DNA of 64,000 bases from Octopus sinensis (taxonomy: Eukaryota): NCBI RefSeq assembly GCF_006345805.1, contig NC_042997.1:211172001-211236000 (forward strand), given 5' to 3'. Below, in pieces: positions 1-13,260 of this stretch (positions are counted from its first letter, which is position 1; each line of letters starts with the position of its first letter). A program made the position numbers and the translations under genes. The notes beneath the pieces are model-generated. The model was not told the DNA's origin, searched no databases, and saw only the letters and a list, made by a program, of their open reading frames with translations.

Positions 1-251
1 AAGCATTAAGGCCCCCACATCCCCTGGTGAATGTCCTGTGCTGGTCCCCACATAAAAAGTACTTGAGCTGGTGCCACATAGAAGTGCCATGTTAAAAGCC
101 CCCAGCCACTTTCTGTAAAGTGGTTGGCATTAGGAAGAGCATTCAACTGTAGAAACCATGCCAAATTACTAACCAAACTGGAATCTGGTGCAGCTTTCCA
201 ATATATACACACATACATACATTATACATACAATTGTGTATGTATATATAT

Positions 252-287
<36 letters not shown>

Positions 288-304
288 ATATAATATATTA
301 TATA

Positions 305-643
305 TGTTATATTTCGGAATGGTCATATTGCCAGTTTAGCCAATAAAAACACACGCACTATATATTTGGTGTTATTTTGCTTCAGTGATATTTATTTTTT
401 ACATTAATCTTAATCTTATTTCGGCAAAATACAAAATGGCTGACGGTTAGTAAGGAGAGACACAAGTAAGTGAGAAGAAAACAAAGGACCACTGATGCGG
501 TCACAGAGTGTGACGAAAAACTTTGGCCGAATAAGATTAAGATTAATGTAAAAAATAAATTCACTGAAGCAAAATAACACCAAATATATAGTGCGTGTGT
601 TTTTATTGGCTAAACTGGCAATATGACCTTCCGAAATATAACA
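305..643. mobile_element. Fold-back / MITE-like element with about 120-bp inverted arms
   Basis: 305-425 is the near-perfect reverse complement of 526-643, with a spacer of about 100 bp. Flanked by (TA)n tracts. Confidence 0.8.
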
Positions 644-758
644 ATATCTGTTTTCAACACACGACTTCACATAAAAATCTTGCACAACAAATATTTAAAC
701 GTAATAATATATATATATATATATATAATAAAATATATATATATATATAATATATATA

Positions 759-797
<39 letters not shown>

Positions 798-1091
798 TAT
801 AATATAATATATATATTTTCATTATTTTATATCTGCTTCTCTGGGTTGGTCAGTTTCTTTTGCACTCATTTTTTTTTTCAATTCAGTTTTTATTGGCTCA
901 AAAAGCAAAAGCAAGGACATGGAGCTATGTACAGGGAGGGTGGTCATACAAAGAGTTCAGGCCATTTCTGGTCAAGAGAGACTTTGAACTGAGCATTTGT
1001 CGGCATCATTTCTTTTCTCACTAATGATTGAGAGAAAACTGCTGATTTCTATTGTGTATGAGATGGTTTTTATAGCTAGTTAGATGCCCTT

Positions 1092-3789
1092 CCACTTTAC
1101 AGCAAGGATTGGGTGCATCTTACAGCAAGGACTGGGTGCACTTTACCAACCACTTTACAGAAAGGACTGGGTGCATCTTACAGCAAGGACTGCATGCACT
1201 TTACCAACGGCTTTAATGTAAGGACTTGGTGCATCTTACAGCAAGGACTGGGTGCACTTTACTAACCACTTTACAGCAAGGACTGGGTGCACTTTACCAA
1301 CCACTTTACAGAAAGGACTGGGTGCATCTTACAGCAAGGACTGCATGCACTTTACCAACTGCTTTAATGTAAGGACTGGGTGCATCTTACAGCAAGGACT
1401 GGGTGCACTTTACCAACCACTTTACAGCAAGGACTGGGTGCATTTTAACCAACCACTTTACAGCAAGGACTGGGTGCACTTTACCAACCACTTTACAGCA
1501 AGGACTGGGTGCACTTTACCAACCACTTTACAGCAAGGACTGGGTGCACTTTACCAACCACTTTACAGCAAGGACTGGGTGCACTTTACCAACCACTTTA
1601 CAGCAAGGACTGGGTGCACTTTACCAACTACTTTACAGCAAGGACTGGGTGCACTTTACCAACCACTTTACAGCAAGGACTGGGTGCACTTTACCAACCA
1701 CTTTACAGCAAGGACTGGGTGCACTTTACCAACCACTTTACAGCAAGGACTGGATGCACTTTACCAACCACTTTACAGCAAGGACTGGGTGCACTTTACC
1801 AACCACTTTACAGCAAGGACTGGGTGCACTTTACCAACTACTTTACAGCAAGGACTGGGTGCACTTTACCAACCACTTTACAGCAAGGACTGGGTGCACT
1901 TTACCAACCACTTTACAGCAAGGACTGGGTGCACTTTACCAACTACTTTACAGCAAGGACTGGGTGCACTTTACCAACCACTTTACAGCAAGGACTGGGT
2001 GCACTTTACCAACCACTTTACAGCAAGGACCGGGTGCACTTTACCAACCACTTTACAGCAAGGACCGGGTGCACTTTACCACCACTTTACAGCAAGGACT
2101 GGGTGCACTTTACCACCACTTTACAGCAAGGACTGGTGCACTTTACCAACCACTTTACAGCAAGGACTGGATGCACTTACCAACCACTTTTTACAGCAAG
2201 GACTGGGTGCACTTTACCAACCACTTTACAGCAAGGACTGGGTGCACTTTACCAACTACTTTACGGCAAGGACTGGGTGCACTTTACCAACCACTTTACG
2301 GCAAGGACTGGGTGCACTTTACCAACCACTTTACAGCAAGGACTGGGTGCATTTTACCAACCACTTTACAGCAAGGACCGGGTGCACTTTACCAACCACT
2401 TTACAGCAAGGACTGGGTGCACTTTACCAACAACTTTACAGCAAGGACTGGGTGCATCTTACAGCAGGGACTGGGTGCATCTTACAGCAGGGACTGTGTG
2501 CATCTTACAGCAAGGACTGGGTGCATCTTACAGCAGGGACTGGGTGCACTTTAACAACCACTTTACAGTAAGGACTGGGTGCATCTTACAGCAGGGACTG
2601 GGTGCACTTTAGCTACCACTTTACAGCAAGGACTGGGTGCACTTTAGCAACGACTTTACAGCAAGGACTGAGTGCATCTTACAGCTAGGACTGGTGCACT
2701 TTAGCAACCACTTTACAGTAAGGACTGGGTGCATCTTACAGCAAGGACTGGGTGCACTTTACCAACCACTTTACAGCAGCGACTGGGTGCACTTTAGTAA
2801 CCACTTTACAGCAAGGACTGGGTGCATCTTACAGCAAGGACTTGGTGCACTTTAGCAACCACTTTACAGCAAGGACTGAGTGCATCTTACAGCTAAGACT
2901 GGGTGCACTTTAGCAACTACTTTACAGCAAGGACTGGGTGCACTTTAGCTACCACTTTACAGCAAGGACTGGGTGCACTTTAGCAACGACTTTACAGCAA
3001 GGACTGGGTGCACTTTAGCAACTACTTTACAGCAAGGACTGGGTGCACTTTAGCTACCACTTTACAGCAAGGACTGGGTGCACTTTAGCTACCACTTTAC
3101 AGCAAGGACTGGGTGCACTTTAGCAACCACTTTACAGTAAGGACTGGGTGCATCTTACAGCAAGGACTGGGTGCACTTTACCAACCACTTTACAGCAGTG
3201 ACTGGGTGCACTTTAGTAACCACTTTACAGCAAGGACTGGGTGCATCTTACAGCAAGGACTTGGTGCACTTTAGCAACCACTTTACAGCAAGGACTGAGT
3301 GCATCTTACAGCTAAGACTGGGTGCATCTTACAGCTAAGACTGGGTGCATCTTACAGCTAAGACTGGGTGCACTTTAGCAACTACTTTACAGCAAGGACT
3401 GGGTGCACTTTAGCAACCACTTTACAGCAAGGACTGGGTGCACTTTACCAACCACTTTACAGCAAGGACTGGGTGCACTTTAGCAACTACTTTACAGCAA
3501 GGACTGGGTGCATTTTACCAACCACTTTACAGCAAGGACTGGGTGCACTTTACCAACCACTTTACAGCAAGGACTGGGTGCACTTTACCAACCACTTTAC
3601 AGCAGGGACTGGGTGCACTTTAATAACCACTTTACAGCAAGGAGTGGGTGCATCTTACAGCAAGGCTGGATGCACTTTAGCAACCACTTTACAGCAAGTA
3701 CTGGGTGCAACATACAGCAATGACTGGGTGCACTTTACAGCAAAGGCTAGGTGCACTTTACCAACCACTTTACAGCAACGACTGGGTGC
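1092..3789. repeat. 2.7-kb minisatellite of 35-bp and 23-bp units
   Basis: 35-mer ccactttacagcaaggactgggtgcactttaccaa interspersed with 23-mer cttacagcaaggactgggtgcat. Confidence 0.97.
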
Positions 3790-4391
3790 CTCTTATTGTG
3801 CCACCAGCTCCAGAGAGACTCTCTCCCCGGACAAAAGTTTCCCTTCTGTCCTCTCCACCCTGCTACACAGATTGCTGCCAATGTAGCTTGTTGCACAGTC
3901 AATGTTTTCTTTGTGGGATTAAGGTAAATTCCTATGAAACTTAATCAAACCCCTCAACTTCCCAGATTTCATAGTAACATTAATCCTTCAGGTTAAAGCT
4001 AAACCATGTCTGATCTATTAAATCTGTTGGTTTACAGCTCAGCACTTAATTGACCTGTACTCTAAAGAGGATCAATTAGTAATTACTCTAAATGTATTGC
4101 ATTGCTTTTACTTTTCCAAATCATAGGAATATATATAAATATTGGGTTGGTGCATAATTATTGCGGCTTCTTTTCAACAAATTTTATTCAACAAAAACAG
4201 TGACAATGTTTAACCAAAAATGTCTTTAAATGATTATTCTGAACATCTGCCAAGCAAATGGGAAGCAGTAATTGAAGTAGATGGTGAATATGCTCCGGAA
4301 TAATCATTTAAAGATGTTTTTGTTACATGTTGTTATTGTTTTTGTTGAATAAAATTTGTTGAAAAGAAGCCGCATTATTATGCACCAACCC

Positions 4392-4534
4392 AATATATAT
4401 ATAATATATATATATATATATTACACGTATATGTATATGTATACGTGTATATATATGTATATATATATGTATATAGATATGTATGTATATAGTATATATA
4501 TACAAATATATATATATATATATTTATATAATAC

Positions 4535-4576
<42 letters not shown>

Positions 4577-4835
4577 TATATACGTATATATATATATATA
4601 CGTATACATATATGTGTACATATATATATATACGTATATAATATTATATATATATATATGTGTGTGTGTATATATACATGTTATATACTATACGTATACA
4701 TATATATATATATATATGTGTATATATACATGTATATATATAATATATATATATACGTATACATATATATATGTGTATATATACATGTATATATATATAC
4801 GTATACATATATATATATATACGTATATATATATA
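4392..4835. repeat. Compound (TA)n / (TATG) / (TACG) microsatellite
   Basis: Directly visible low-complexity tract. Confidence 0.95.
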
Positions 4836-5405
4836 CCTATTATATAAAATCCGTTCTGTCTGTCTGTCTTCTAGGATCTCGGGCATCCTCCATCCAATTG
4901 CGCTCAAATTTGATATGTAAATACCGACGGTGTTAGGTCATGTATAAGTCTTGAAAAAATATCAAAAATCCATTCCAGGTGAGAATGCGATCGATAAAGC
5001 TTTGGGAACGTGCATTTGTACGCGCAAGTACATCAGCTGTTGTGATCGATATTATGCATACGTGAGAAAGATGCATGTGCAGTTTGCGCAAAAAAAGTCA
5101 AGGAGCAGGGGATGTTGTTTTTATTTCCCGCATGCCATTGATTCCATCGGACTGTGTTTACCCGATGAAACACCTTCAATTCCCTATTCGCCTGAGCTTC
5201 ACGAAGACCATCAACAAAGCACAGGGGGCAGTCATTGAAAGTCGTGGGGTTGGACCTCAGCACTCCCTGCTTTTTGCACTGACAACTGTATGTGGGCTGT
5301 TTGAGGGTTGGCTGTTTGACAAACCTTTTCTACTACGCTCCAGACTGAGTGACAAGGAATGTGGTTTACAAGGCTGCGCTCCACTAGCTTTTTCATGCCC
5401 TTGAA
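4836..5405 (+). mobile_element. Helitron-derived element with degenerate Pif1-type helicase C-terminal fragment
   Basis: Start ctattatataaaa..ctgtctgtctgtc matches the other Helitron-type elements here. Translates VFISRMPLIPSD..LQFPIRLSF..TINKAQG, then (+1 frameshift) QSLKVVGLDLSTPCFLH*QLYVG..RVG, then TRNVVYKAAL. This matches Helitron helicase motifs FPVRLAFAMTINKAQGQSL / HGQLYVACSRV. The 3' end is not clear. Confidence 0.85.
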
Positions 5406-6560
5406 CATCCCGTAAAGTAAGTTAGCTTAAAATTAGTTACTTAGTTCCCTGGGTTGTTGCTTTTCATCAAAAATTGCCCCAAGTTGATTTCATACATGTT
5501 TTATCGGATAAACTTATTTTTGTCCCGGGTACATTCTCATAAATTCATCCTGCTTTTCCATTTAGATTTACCTCTAGCTAACCCATTTGCAGGCATCATT
5601 TTTGTCTTGCTTTTCTTCCGTCAAACTGTACATAACTGCACCTTCCATTTTTGTTGTTTTTGTACTGCTTAAAGGCACGTTTCTTTCCTGCCAAGCTTAC
5701 TGTTTAAACCATGTTTGTGTTCTCCCAGTCAACAGCCTTATCATTACTGGTACTTTAAACTCTTCGGTTGCATATCTGTGTGAATAAAATCGTTTTTCTT
5801 TGGAATAGAAAAAAGCCTATCTTTATTTCTTCTTTTGCTGGTGTCTCAAATTTAGGTTAAATCAATGTTTCTCAAAGAGGAGGCCTATGGGACGGTCGGA
5901 CAAGTTGTTTTGAGAAAATTTGGTTTAAATATTTGTCAACTCAGCACCACCCATTGGACGGGGCAGGGGGGGGGGGGCGTTTTGCTCGTATATATATATG
6001 TATATATATATATATATATATTCTGTTGTGTCTGGAGAGAGTCATTCTCTTTTAGTGCCTTATAATTTAACACAGTCGCTGGTAAAATTTCCACTTCTTT
6101 TTTACTTGTCTAAAATTTTCGTTGCGTCTTGCAACCGTTTCAATAGTTTTGACAATATATATATATTCATTACGCATTCTAGAATCTCTTTAAGGCTTCC
6201 AGAAACTTCATGCTTTCAAAATTGCCAAACCCAAAAGCTAAAATAGTCTTAGTCAAAGTATGTATTCAGTTTGGTCTGAGATAAATTCACTTATGGCTGT
6301 ACTGTGTTTAAAGAGAGTTTATCAGAAAGAGTTGAAAAATTGTCCTGGCAGGAGTTTGCAAGAATCCCTGATGCATTTCAGCCTTTTTGAGCCTCGTCAA
6401 TGATATATACTTGCAGCCAGCCATATCTATAGATACAATTTAAGAAATAGGGAATATGCTTGGTGAATAACCAATGGGCTGAATAAATAATCCGTTATGG
6501 CTAGAAGAGTTCTTCATTTCTGTTTTCTTTATGTTCAGTTAGAAAATTTCTGTCAGTTAA

Positions 6561-6776
6561 CCCTTTCATTACCAACCCAACTGAAACCAGCTCTGAGTAC
6601 AAATGTGTTGTTTTCATAAGTTTTGAATGAAAATCTTCCACCAAACCTTAGTCACAATTTATGTTCCTAACACTAGCTTAATGATGACTAAGTTATTTTA
6701 CTAAATTCTTTGTTATATCTAAAGTAATTGAAAGAAACACAGAGCATCTAAAATAAAAAATACAGTAACGAAAGGG
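6561..6776. mobile_element. piggyBac-like MITE (family P1)
   Basis: TTAA|CCCTTTC..GAAAGGG|TTAA. Related copy at 35884-36106. Confidence 0.8.
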
Positions 6777-8097
6777 TTAATCCCAATTTTTTTTTTTTTT
6801 AAATGTATTTTCTGTATATGGAGGGAGCACTATCAAAATGAAGATTATCCTCAGCCTGTGCAATCATGTTTGTAATGCATGATTAAACCCTTTATTTGTG
6901 CTGGGCTGTACAACCAACTACTCCCCCCATCTTCTGCTGCTGCTGCTGCTGCTTAATTCCCCACCCCTCTTTTTTTCTTTTGTTTCCTTGGTGAGGTGGG
7001 ACTGGATTTTTTTTTTCCCTCAATAATTTAATCTTTTATGCTTTTAATGTTTTTCCTCTTTCTTCTCTTCCTGTAAAAATATGTTGTTATAAAATGTAAT
7101 TCAAAGGTTTCCCCCCCCCAAAAAAAATAAAAGAAGAAGAATGGTACGATTATGTCAGTAATTTGTTCCAAGACCTGCAGCTTAACTTGAAAAGTAATCC
7201 AGTTAAGCAACTAGAACACAAACGCCGACTCTGTTTGTGGCATCTACAATGTCTCCTAAAAATAATTAAAACCGTCTCACAATGATTAAGATTTTCTCAG
7301 CAGCAACAAAACCATCATAAACCATATTTGGCTGACATATCTGTCACACACACACACACACACGCAGCTCGTCTCTTCCTCACACCTAACATCTACTTCT
7401 ACTTCTCTCCATATCTCACTGAGTTCTTACATACCGATTCATGCAGGTTGCATGGATCACACCCAACACAGCCTACCTCTGCGCATCTCTCTACAATGCT
7501 CTCTCTGTCACTACGATGCAGCCCATCGTGTTTTTTTACACCTGCTTCATACAGCTGCCTCTTTGCAACGGGGGCAAAAAATAAATTCATTTTATTAACA
7601 GACATAACAACTCTGAGAATTTCCTCCAAATGTTATTTTGGTACTTTAGTGACTCCACTTTCACTACAAACACTCATTACTGAATACGTTCACTCTGTCA
7701 CTATATACATTTAACTACATGCATTCAACCCTTTCTACACACATCTTCTACATATATATACTTTCCATAACCATTGCTCAATGCGTTTACTATTTATACT
7801 CTATACATGGTGTATGCAGACTCTATACATTTGTTATATATGCTGTTCATTTTCTATATATACCCTGTACATTTACTATATATGTTCTATACCTGTACTA
7901 TATTATCATCATTTACGTCCAGCATGGAAAGTGGATGTTAAACATGATGATGATACATAAATGTATGGCCTGCTCGCTTAGCCAGCAGGGTTGCGTCATT
8001 TGAAGACTAAAACAATGCGAAGCACATTGTGACCAGCGATGTGCAGCAACATCTGATAGCCTGATCAGTCACGGTGATAAATCATTCAATATCTACG

Positions 8098-8330
8098 AAG
8101 GCGGCGAGCTGGTAGAAACGTTAGCACGCCGGGCGAAATTCGTAGCCGTATTTCGTCTGTCGTTACGTTCCGAGTTCAAATTCCGCCGAGGTCGACTTTG
8201 CCTTTCATCCTTTCGGGGTCGATAAATTAAGTACCAGTTACGCACTGGGGTCGATATAATCGACTTACTCCCTTTGTCTGTCCTTGTTTGTCCCCTCTGT
8301 TTTTAGCCCCTTGTGGGTAGTAAGAAATAT
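8098..8330 (+). mobile_element. tRNA-derived SINE family A
   Basis: Head aaggcggcgagctggtagaa..gagttcaaattcc with A/B-box-like motifs; core gcctttcatcctttcggggtcgataaattaagtacc. Confidence 0.8.
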
Positions 8331-9097
8331 ATATATATCTACACACACACACACCACACACGCAGCTCGTCTCTTCCTCACACCTAACATCTACTTCTAC
8401 TTCTCTCCATATCTCACTGAGTTCTTACATACCGATTCATGCAGGTTGCATGGATCACACCCAACACAGCCTACCTCTGCGCATCTCTCTACAATGCTCT
8501 CTCTGTCACTACGATGCAGCCCATCGTGTTTTTTTACACCTGCTTCATACAGCTGCCTCTTTGCAACGGGGGCAAAATAAATTCATTTTATTAACAGACA
8601 TAACAACTCTGAGAATTTCCTCCAAATGTTATTTTGGTACTTTAGTGACTCCACTTTCACTACAAACACTCATTACTGAATACGTTCACTCTGTCACTAT
8701 ATACATTTAACTACATGCATTCAACCCTTTCTACACACATCTTCTACATATATATACTTTCAATAACCATTGCTCAATGCGTTTACTATTTATACTCTAT
8801 ACATGGGTGTATGCAGACTCTATACATTTGTTATATATGCTGTTCATTTTCTATATATACCCTGTACATTTACTATATATGTTCTATACCTGTACTATAT
8901 ATATCATCATTTAACGTCCAGCATGGAAAGTGGATGTTAAACAATGATGATGATACATAAATGTATGGCCTGCTCGCTTAGCCAGCAGGGTTGCGTCATT
9001 TGAAGACTAAAACAATGCGAAGCACATTGTGACCAGCGATGTGCAGCAACATCTGATAGCCTGATCAGTCACGGTGATAAATCATTCAATATCTACG

Positions 9098-9330
9098 AAG
9101 GCGGCGAGCTGGTAGAAACGTTAGCACGCCGGGCGAAATTCGTAGCCGTATTTCGTCTGTCGTTACGTTCCGAGTTCAAATTCCGCCGAGGTCGACTTTG
9201 CCTTTCATCCTTTCGGGGTCGATAAATTAAGTACCAGTTACGCACTGGGGTCGATATAATCGACTTACTCCCTTTGTCTGTCCTTGTTTGTCCCCTCTGT
9301 TTTTAGCCCCTTGTGGGTAGTAAAGAAATA
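9098..9330 (+). mobile_element. tRNA-derived SINE family A (duplicated copy)
   Basis: Essentially identical to 8098-8330. Confidence 0.8.
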
Positions 9331-10016
9331 TATATATATCTACACACACACACACACACACTCTCTACATTTACTATCATCATCATCTGGTTCTTGTTTA
9401 AATGATACTAAGGTGGTTTGCTGAGATGGAAACCAAGTTGTTTTAGTTGATAACTGCCATAAACAGCTGGTTTTGGCAGGGAAGTTCTATGAGTGGAGTT
9501 ATCGGTATGGCTTGTGTGAGTTATGCAGAGAGTGCTTTTAGATTTACTGGTCAAAGAATTGAAAGTGACAAAAGCTTGATGCCACAGGATATTAGGAAAT
9601 TCTGCGTGTCCCATTGTTTGTTCAACGATCCGACCAATAGTGTTAACAGAAAAAAGATGTTCAGGTTGTAGTTTGGAGTGGGCAATAACAAGTGACAGGT
9701 GCTGTGTAGAGGCAGCAACTGGTTTAGGATGGGCACAGGGTTGAGGAATATTCTGGCAGAAGAAGAAGAGCAGATTCCTCATCATCTTAATTCACCGGAT
9801 GAAAAAAGTAGAGAGTACAAGGAAAGCCTTGGAGTTAGGAAACCAATCCATATGGGGGCAGGATTGGAGGCCAGGGAAATTGCCATAGAAGATGCTGGGG
9901 ACAAAGCTTCCAACTATATTAGTTGACACTGATTCTGGCTCTGGCTAATCTTCAGTGGTGAAGCGGAAGTGACATCATTAACTGTCATGCTGTCATCACT
10001 TCATCTTGTTACTAAT

Positions 10017-10048
<32 letters not shown>

Positions 10049-10399
10049 ATGCATTACTTGTTTTACTACCTCCCCCTCTCTCTAGCAATCCTTTTTCTAT
10101 TACTCTCCCACGTGTCAAAGTCACTTTTTCCCTGATTCTCTCTCTCTCATTCTCTCTTCTACCTGTCAAGGTACACAACACCAACCTAACAATAGGGTAG
10201 GCAGGAGTCCTCAGTGCAGCCTCTCTAGTGATGGTGCCACAATAACACAGGGGTTGGCAATAGGAAGGGCATAAGGCTGTATAGAAAACACATCAGTGAT
10301 GGAAGATGCCAGAAGTGACCTGGTGTCTGGGAGGGCAGTGACTCTGAACAATAACAATGTGTCTAACCCATGCCAGCATGGCAAAGTGGATGTAAAATA

Positions 10400-10712
10400 G
10401 GTGCAGCTGTGGCTGTGTGGTAAAAAGTTTGCTTCCCAATCATGTGGTTCTGGGTTCATTCCCACTGTGTGGCACCAGGTCAACCAGAGCCTTCTGAGTG
10501 GATTTGGTAAACAGAAACTGAAAGAAGCTCATTGCCTGCTTGACAGCCAGTGTCGGTGTGGTTACATCCCTGTAGCTTAGCTGTTCAGCGAAAGGGATTG
10601 ATAAAATAAGTACTCAAAAACACAAGAATTGGGGGTCAATTCATTTAACAAAAATTGTTCAAGGCAGTGCCCCAGCATGGCCACAGTCTAATGACTGAAA
10701 CAAGTAAAAGAT
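10400..10712 (+). mobile_element. tRNA-derived SINE family B
   Basis: Head gtgcagctgtggctgtgtggtaa..gggttcattcccactg, tail ..cagcatggccacagtctaatgactgaaacaagtaaaag. Fragments recur near 12045-12200, 17440-17770, 22910-23090, 23510-23660, 32215-32340, 38285-38410, 53150-53260, 56820-57000 and 59760-59890. Confidence 0.7.
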
Positions 10713-10812
10713 ATTATTTAGGTTTTGGTAGAACAAATGAAAGAAATGCAGCTTAATACATGAGTAAACGAGTTTATTTATTAATTAGTTTCTGGAAGTG
10801 ACTTGACGGCTG

Positions 10813-10964
10813 CAGTAGCGTAGCTAGAGTTAGTGTGCCACCTGGGGTGGCCCTTCTGCATGCTGCCCCCCGGGTCCCACAGAAAACACATATTGCCTAC
10901 AGCAGACCTAAAAGTGCCACCTGGGGCAGACTGCCCCTGCCAGTCCCCCCTCGTTTCGCGAGTG
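10813..10964. mobile_element. Degenerate GC-rich MITE (CAGTGGCGTAGC-type ends)
   Basis: Starts cagtagcgtagct; the right end is degenerate. Internal direct repeat gtgccacctgggg. Confidence 0.35.
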
Positions 10965-11784
10965 GATGGTTGATGGTTTGCTTCATTACACTCTCAAAAC
11001 TTTGATAAACTCTAGGCCCTCACACGTGCACACACACTGACACACACGCACACATACTCGTTATTCTCAGCTCTAATCCTGATTGTTAATCTAAATATAC
11101 TTGTAAGCAACTGTCTTAAGTACTTTATATTTAACTGATTTGCTAATCTCTTTCTCTTAATCCCCACTTCTAATCAGTCATATGTTTCTACATGTGTTGA
11201 TGCTCGCATTACTTTGTGTGTCTGTGTGTCCAAATAATGTTGAATCACGTGTGGTGGTCAGAAGTCCTTTTCTCCTCTGTTTCCATATTTTCTTGCACAG
11301 TTGAAAATCACAGGTTGCTGTTTGGCAGATCATCTGAAATGTTTGTACTGCTATCTATTTCATAAACTAAACTTATATATCTATAGACATATATATATAT
11401 AGACATATATATATACATATATGTCATTGGAATTCATATCTCAATGAGGCAAGAACACTTTTGCAGCAGAAAATCCTAAATCCTAAACCGTTCCATCTGT
11501 GAGTGACTACTTTTCCTCAATATGTACTGAACTAGCTAAGTAAGACTTTCATTAATAACTAAGCACTTTCATTAATGCATTGATGTATATAGTATATACA
11601 ACATCATACATACATTTCGTTTTCTTCTTGATGCAGTCAATAGACTGTGGCCATGCTGGGGTATTGGTTTGAAAAATCTTAGTCGAATGAACTGTTCCCC
11701 AGGGCTTATTTTTCCTTTTAACCTGGTCTCTTTTGTTGAGCTGCTAAGTTGTGGAGATGTAAACGCATCAACACTGGTTCTCAT

Positions 11785-12040
11785 GTGGACACACACATGC
11801 ACACACACACACACACGTGCAAGCACACACATGCACACACACACACACACGTGCAAGCACACACATGCACACACACACACACACGTGCAAGCACACATGT
11901 ACACACACACACACACACACACACGTGCAAGCACACATGTACACACACACACACACACACACGTGTGCAAGCACACATGTACACACACACACACACACAC
12001 GTGCAAGCACACATGTACACACACACACACACACACACAT
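11785..12040. repeat. (CA)n-based compound repeat with about 7 gtgcaagcacacatg units
   Basis: Directly visible. Confidence 0.9.
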
Positions 12041-12744
12041 TACATGCTTCTTTCAGTTCCCATCTACCAAATCCACTCACAAAGCTGTATGGCCCGAGGC
12101 AAGAGTAGAAGACACTTGCCCAAGGCGTCATGCAGTGGGATTGAAACTGGAACACTATGAATGGGAAGCAAACTGTCTACCAGCCAGCCATGCCTTCCCC
12201 CACTATATTTATTGATATTCTAAGAAGAAACAGGATTTCCATTTTACTTTTGAAATTTTGAAAATATTTTTGATTTTACATATTTGTTCCTTTGTTTTCC
12301 TTTTCATGAAGATTGCAAAGTGTTCTTGTTTCTGGCTCAGCCTCCTTCAAGCCGGCACGGATTGGCTGAGATCACTCTGCCCTGGTGCCATTCTTTCATG
12401 CTTATAAAGGAAGACATTCCACTGATCTTCACATGGCGAACCACACAACCGTTCCACATGTTGGTTATGCAGAACATAACCAGATGCCACTACTGACCAC
12501 TGCCCAGTGTTATTGCACAGACAGTACTCTTTCTCTCTCTCTCTCTCTCACACACACATGTTGAGTTCCATTTTCTTTCACTTGTACACCTACCTCCATA
12601 TCTACCCAGCCATCTTCTCCACCCACTATTCATGGAAGGGATGTTGGGTTTGCACCCTCAACCATTTCTTTCAGAGGGTCATATCAGAAGCAATTGTCAT
12701 TAAAAGTTTTCTGGATGGGTTCCTAAATGTGTCCAGCTGAGACT

Positions 12745-13260
12745 AGGAATTATTATCCTAGTCATCTTGTTCTTCGTCTCTCCCACCTGGATCTCCGTCT
12801 CGTTGGCTCAGCTTGAAGAATTCACCTGGTGATTCTTTTCTGTGACATTCCAGTCCCATGTCCGTAGTGCTGGAGCTGTGACCTCTCAATGAGAAGTGGT
12901 TTGACCTGGAGAGATTCCCTCATCTCTGGGCTACACATCTTGTTGAGTGACCTTACTCCAAAGATTCTTTAGAGGAACCCCATTTTGGCCATTTGCATTT
13001 GCGATCACCCTCTCTTTCACTCACCACCCACAACATTCAGGACCGGAAGTGAGGATAAGCATGAAAGCCAAATAGAAGATAAGGAGTTTGGCTTTCTTAC
13101 CAACCTCTCCTTTTCTGAAGATTGAATAATGGAACCGGTGCATTATGGTACCAGCATTTGCAATTCTTGCATCTATTTCAGTCGCCTGCCTTCCATCACT
13201 TGTGAATATGGCTCTGAAATACTTAACACATTGGCTCCTGAACTTCATTTTACATTTTAT
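12745..13260 (-). mobile_element. RTE-clade LINE ORF2 remnant
   Basis: Minus strand VKYFRAIFTSDGRQATEIDARIANAG..KAKLLIF resembles RTE FKYLG..FTSDGR..EID.RI..A..KAKLSIF. Degenerate. Confidence 0.75.

Larger units (their letters stand above)
7345..9360. repeat. Direct tandem duplication of about 1.0 kb (7345-8340 / 8341-9360)
   Basis: Offset about 998 bp, near-identical, junctions in (CA)n tracts. Confidence 0.95.

Noticed and set aside
1252-2612. Long ORFs of 367-439 aa in all three + frames
   Set aside because: Artefact of a 35-bp unit that lacks stop codons. The starts are GTG/TTG and no splice or homology evidence exists.
4323-4936. YI/HT/VC-rich ORFs here and at about 11570-12215 and 26950-27740
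   Set aside because: Translations of (TA)n and (CA)n microsatellites.
9408-9926. Moderately complex sequence with 75-125 aa ORFs on both strands
   Set aside because: No recognisable protein family and no convincing splice-site pair. FPNILWHQAFVT only weakly suggests an old LINE RT.
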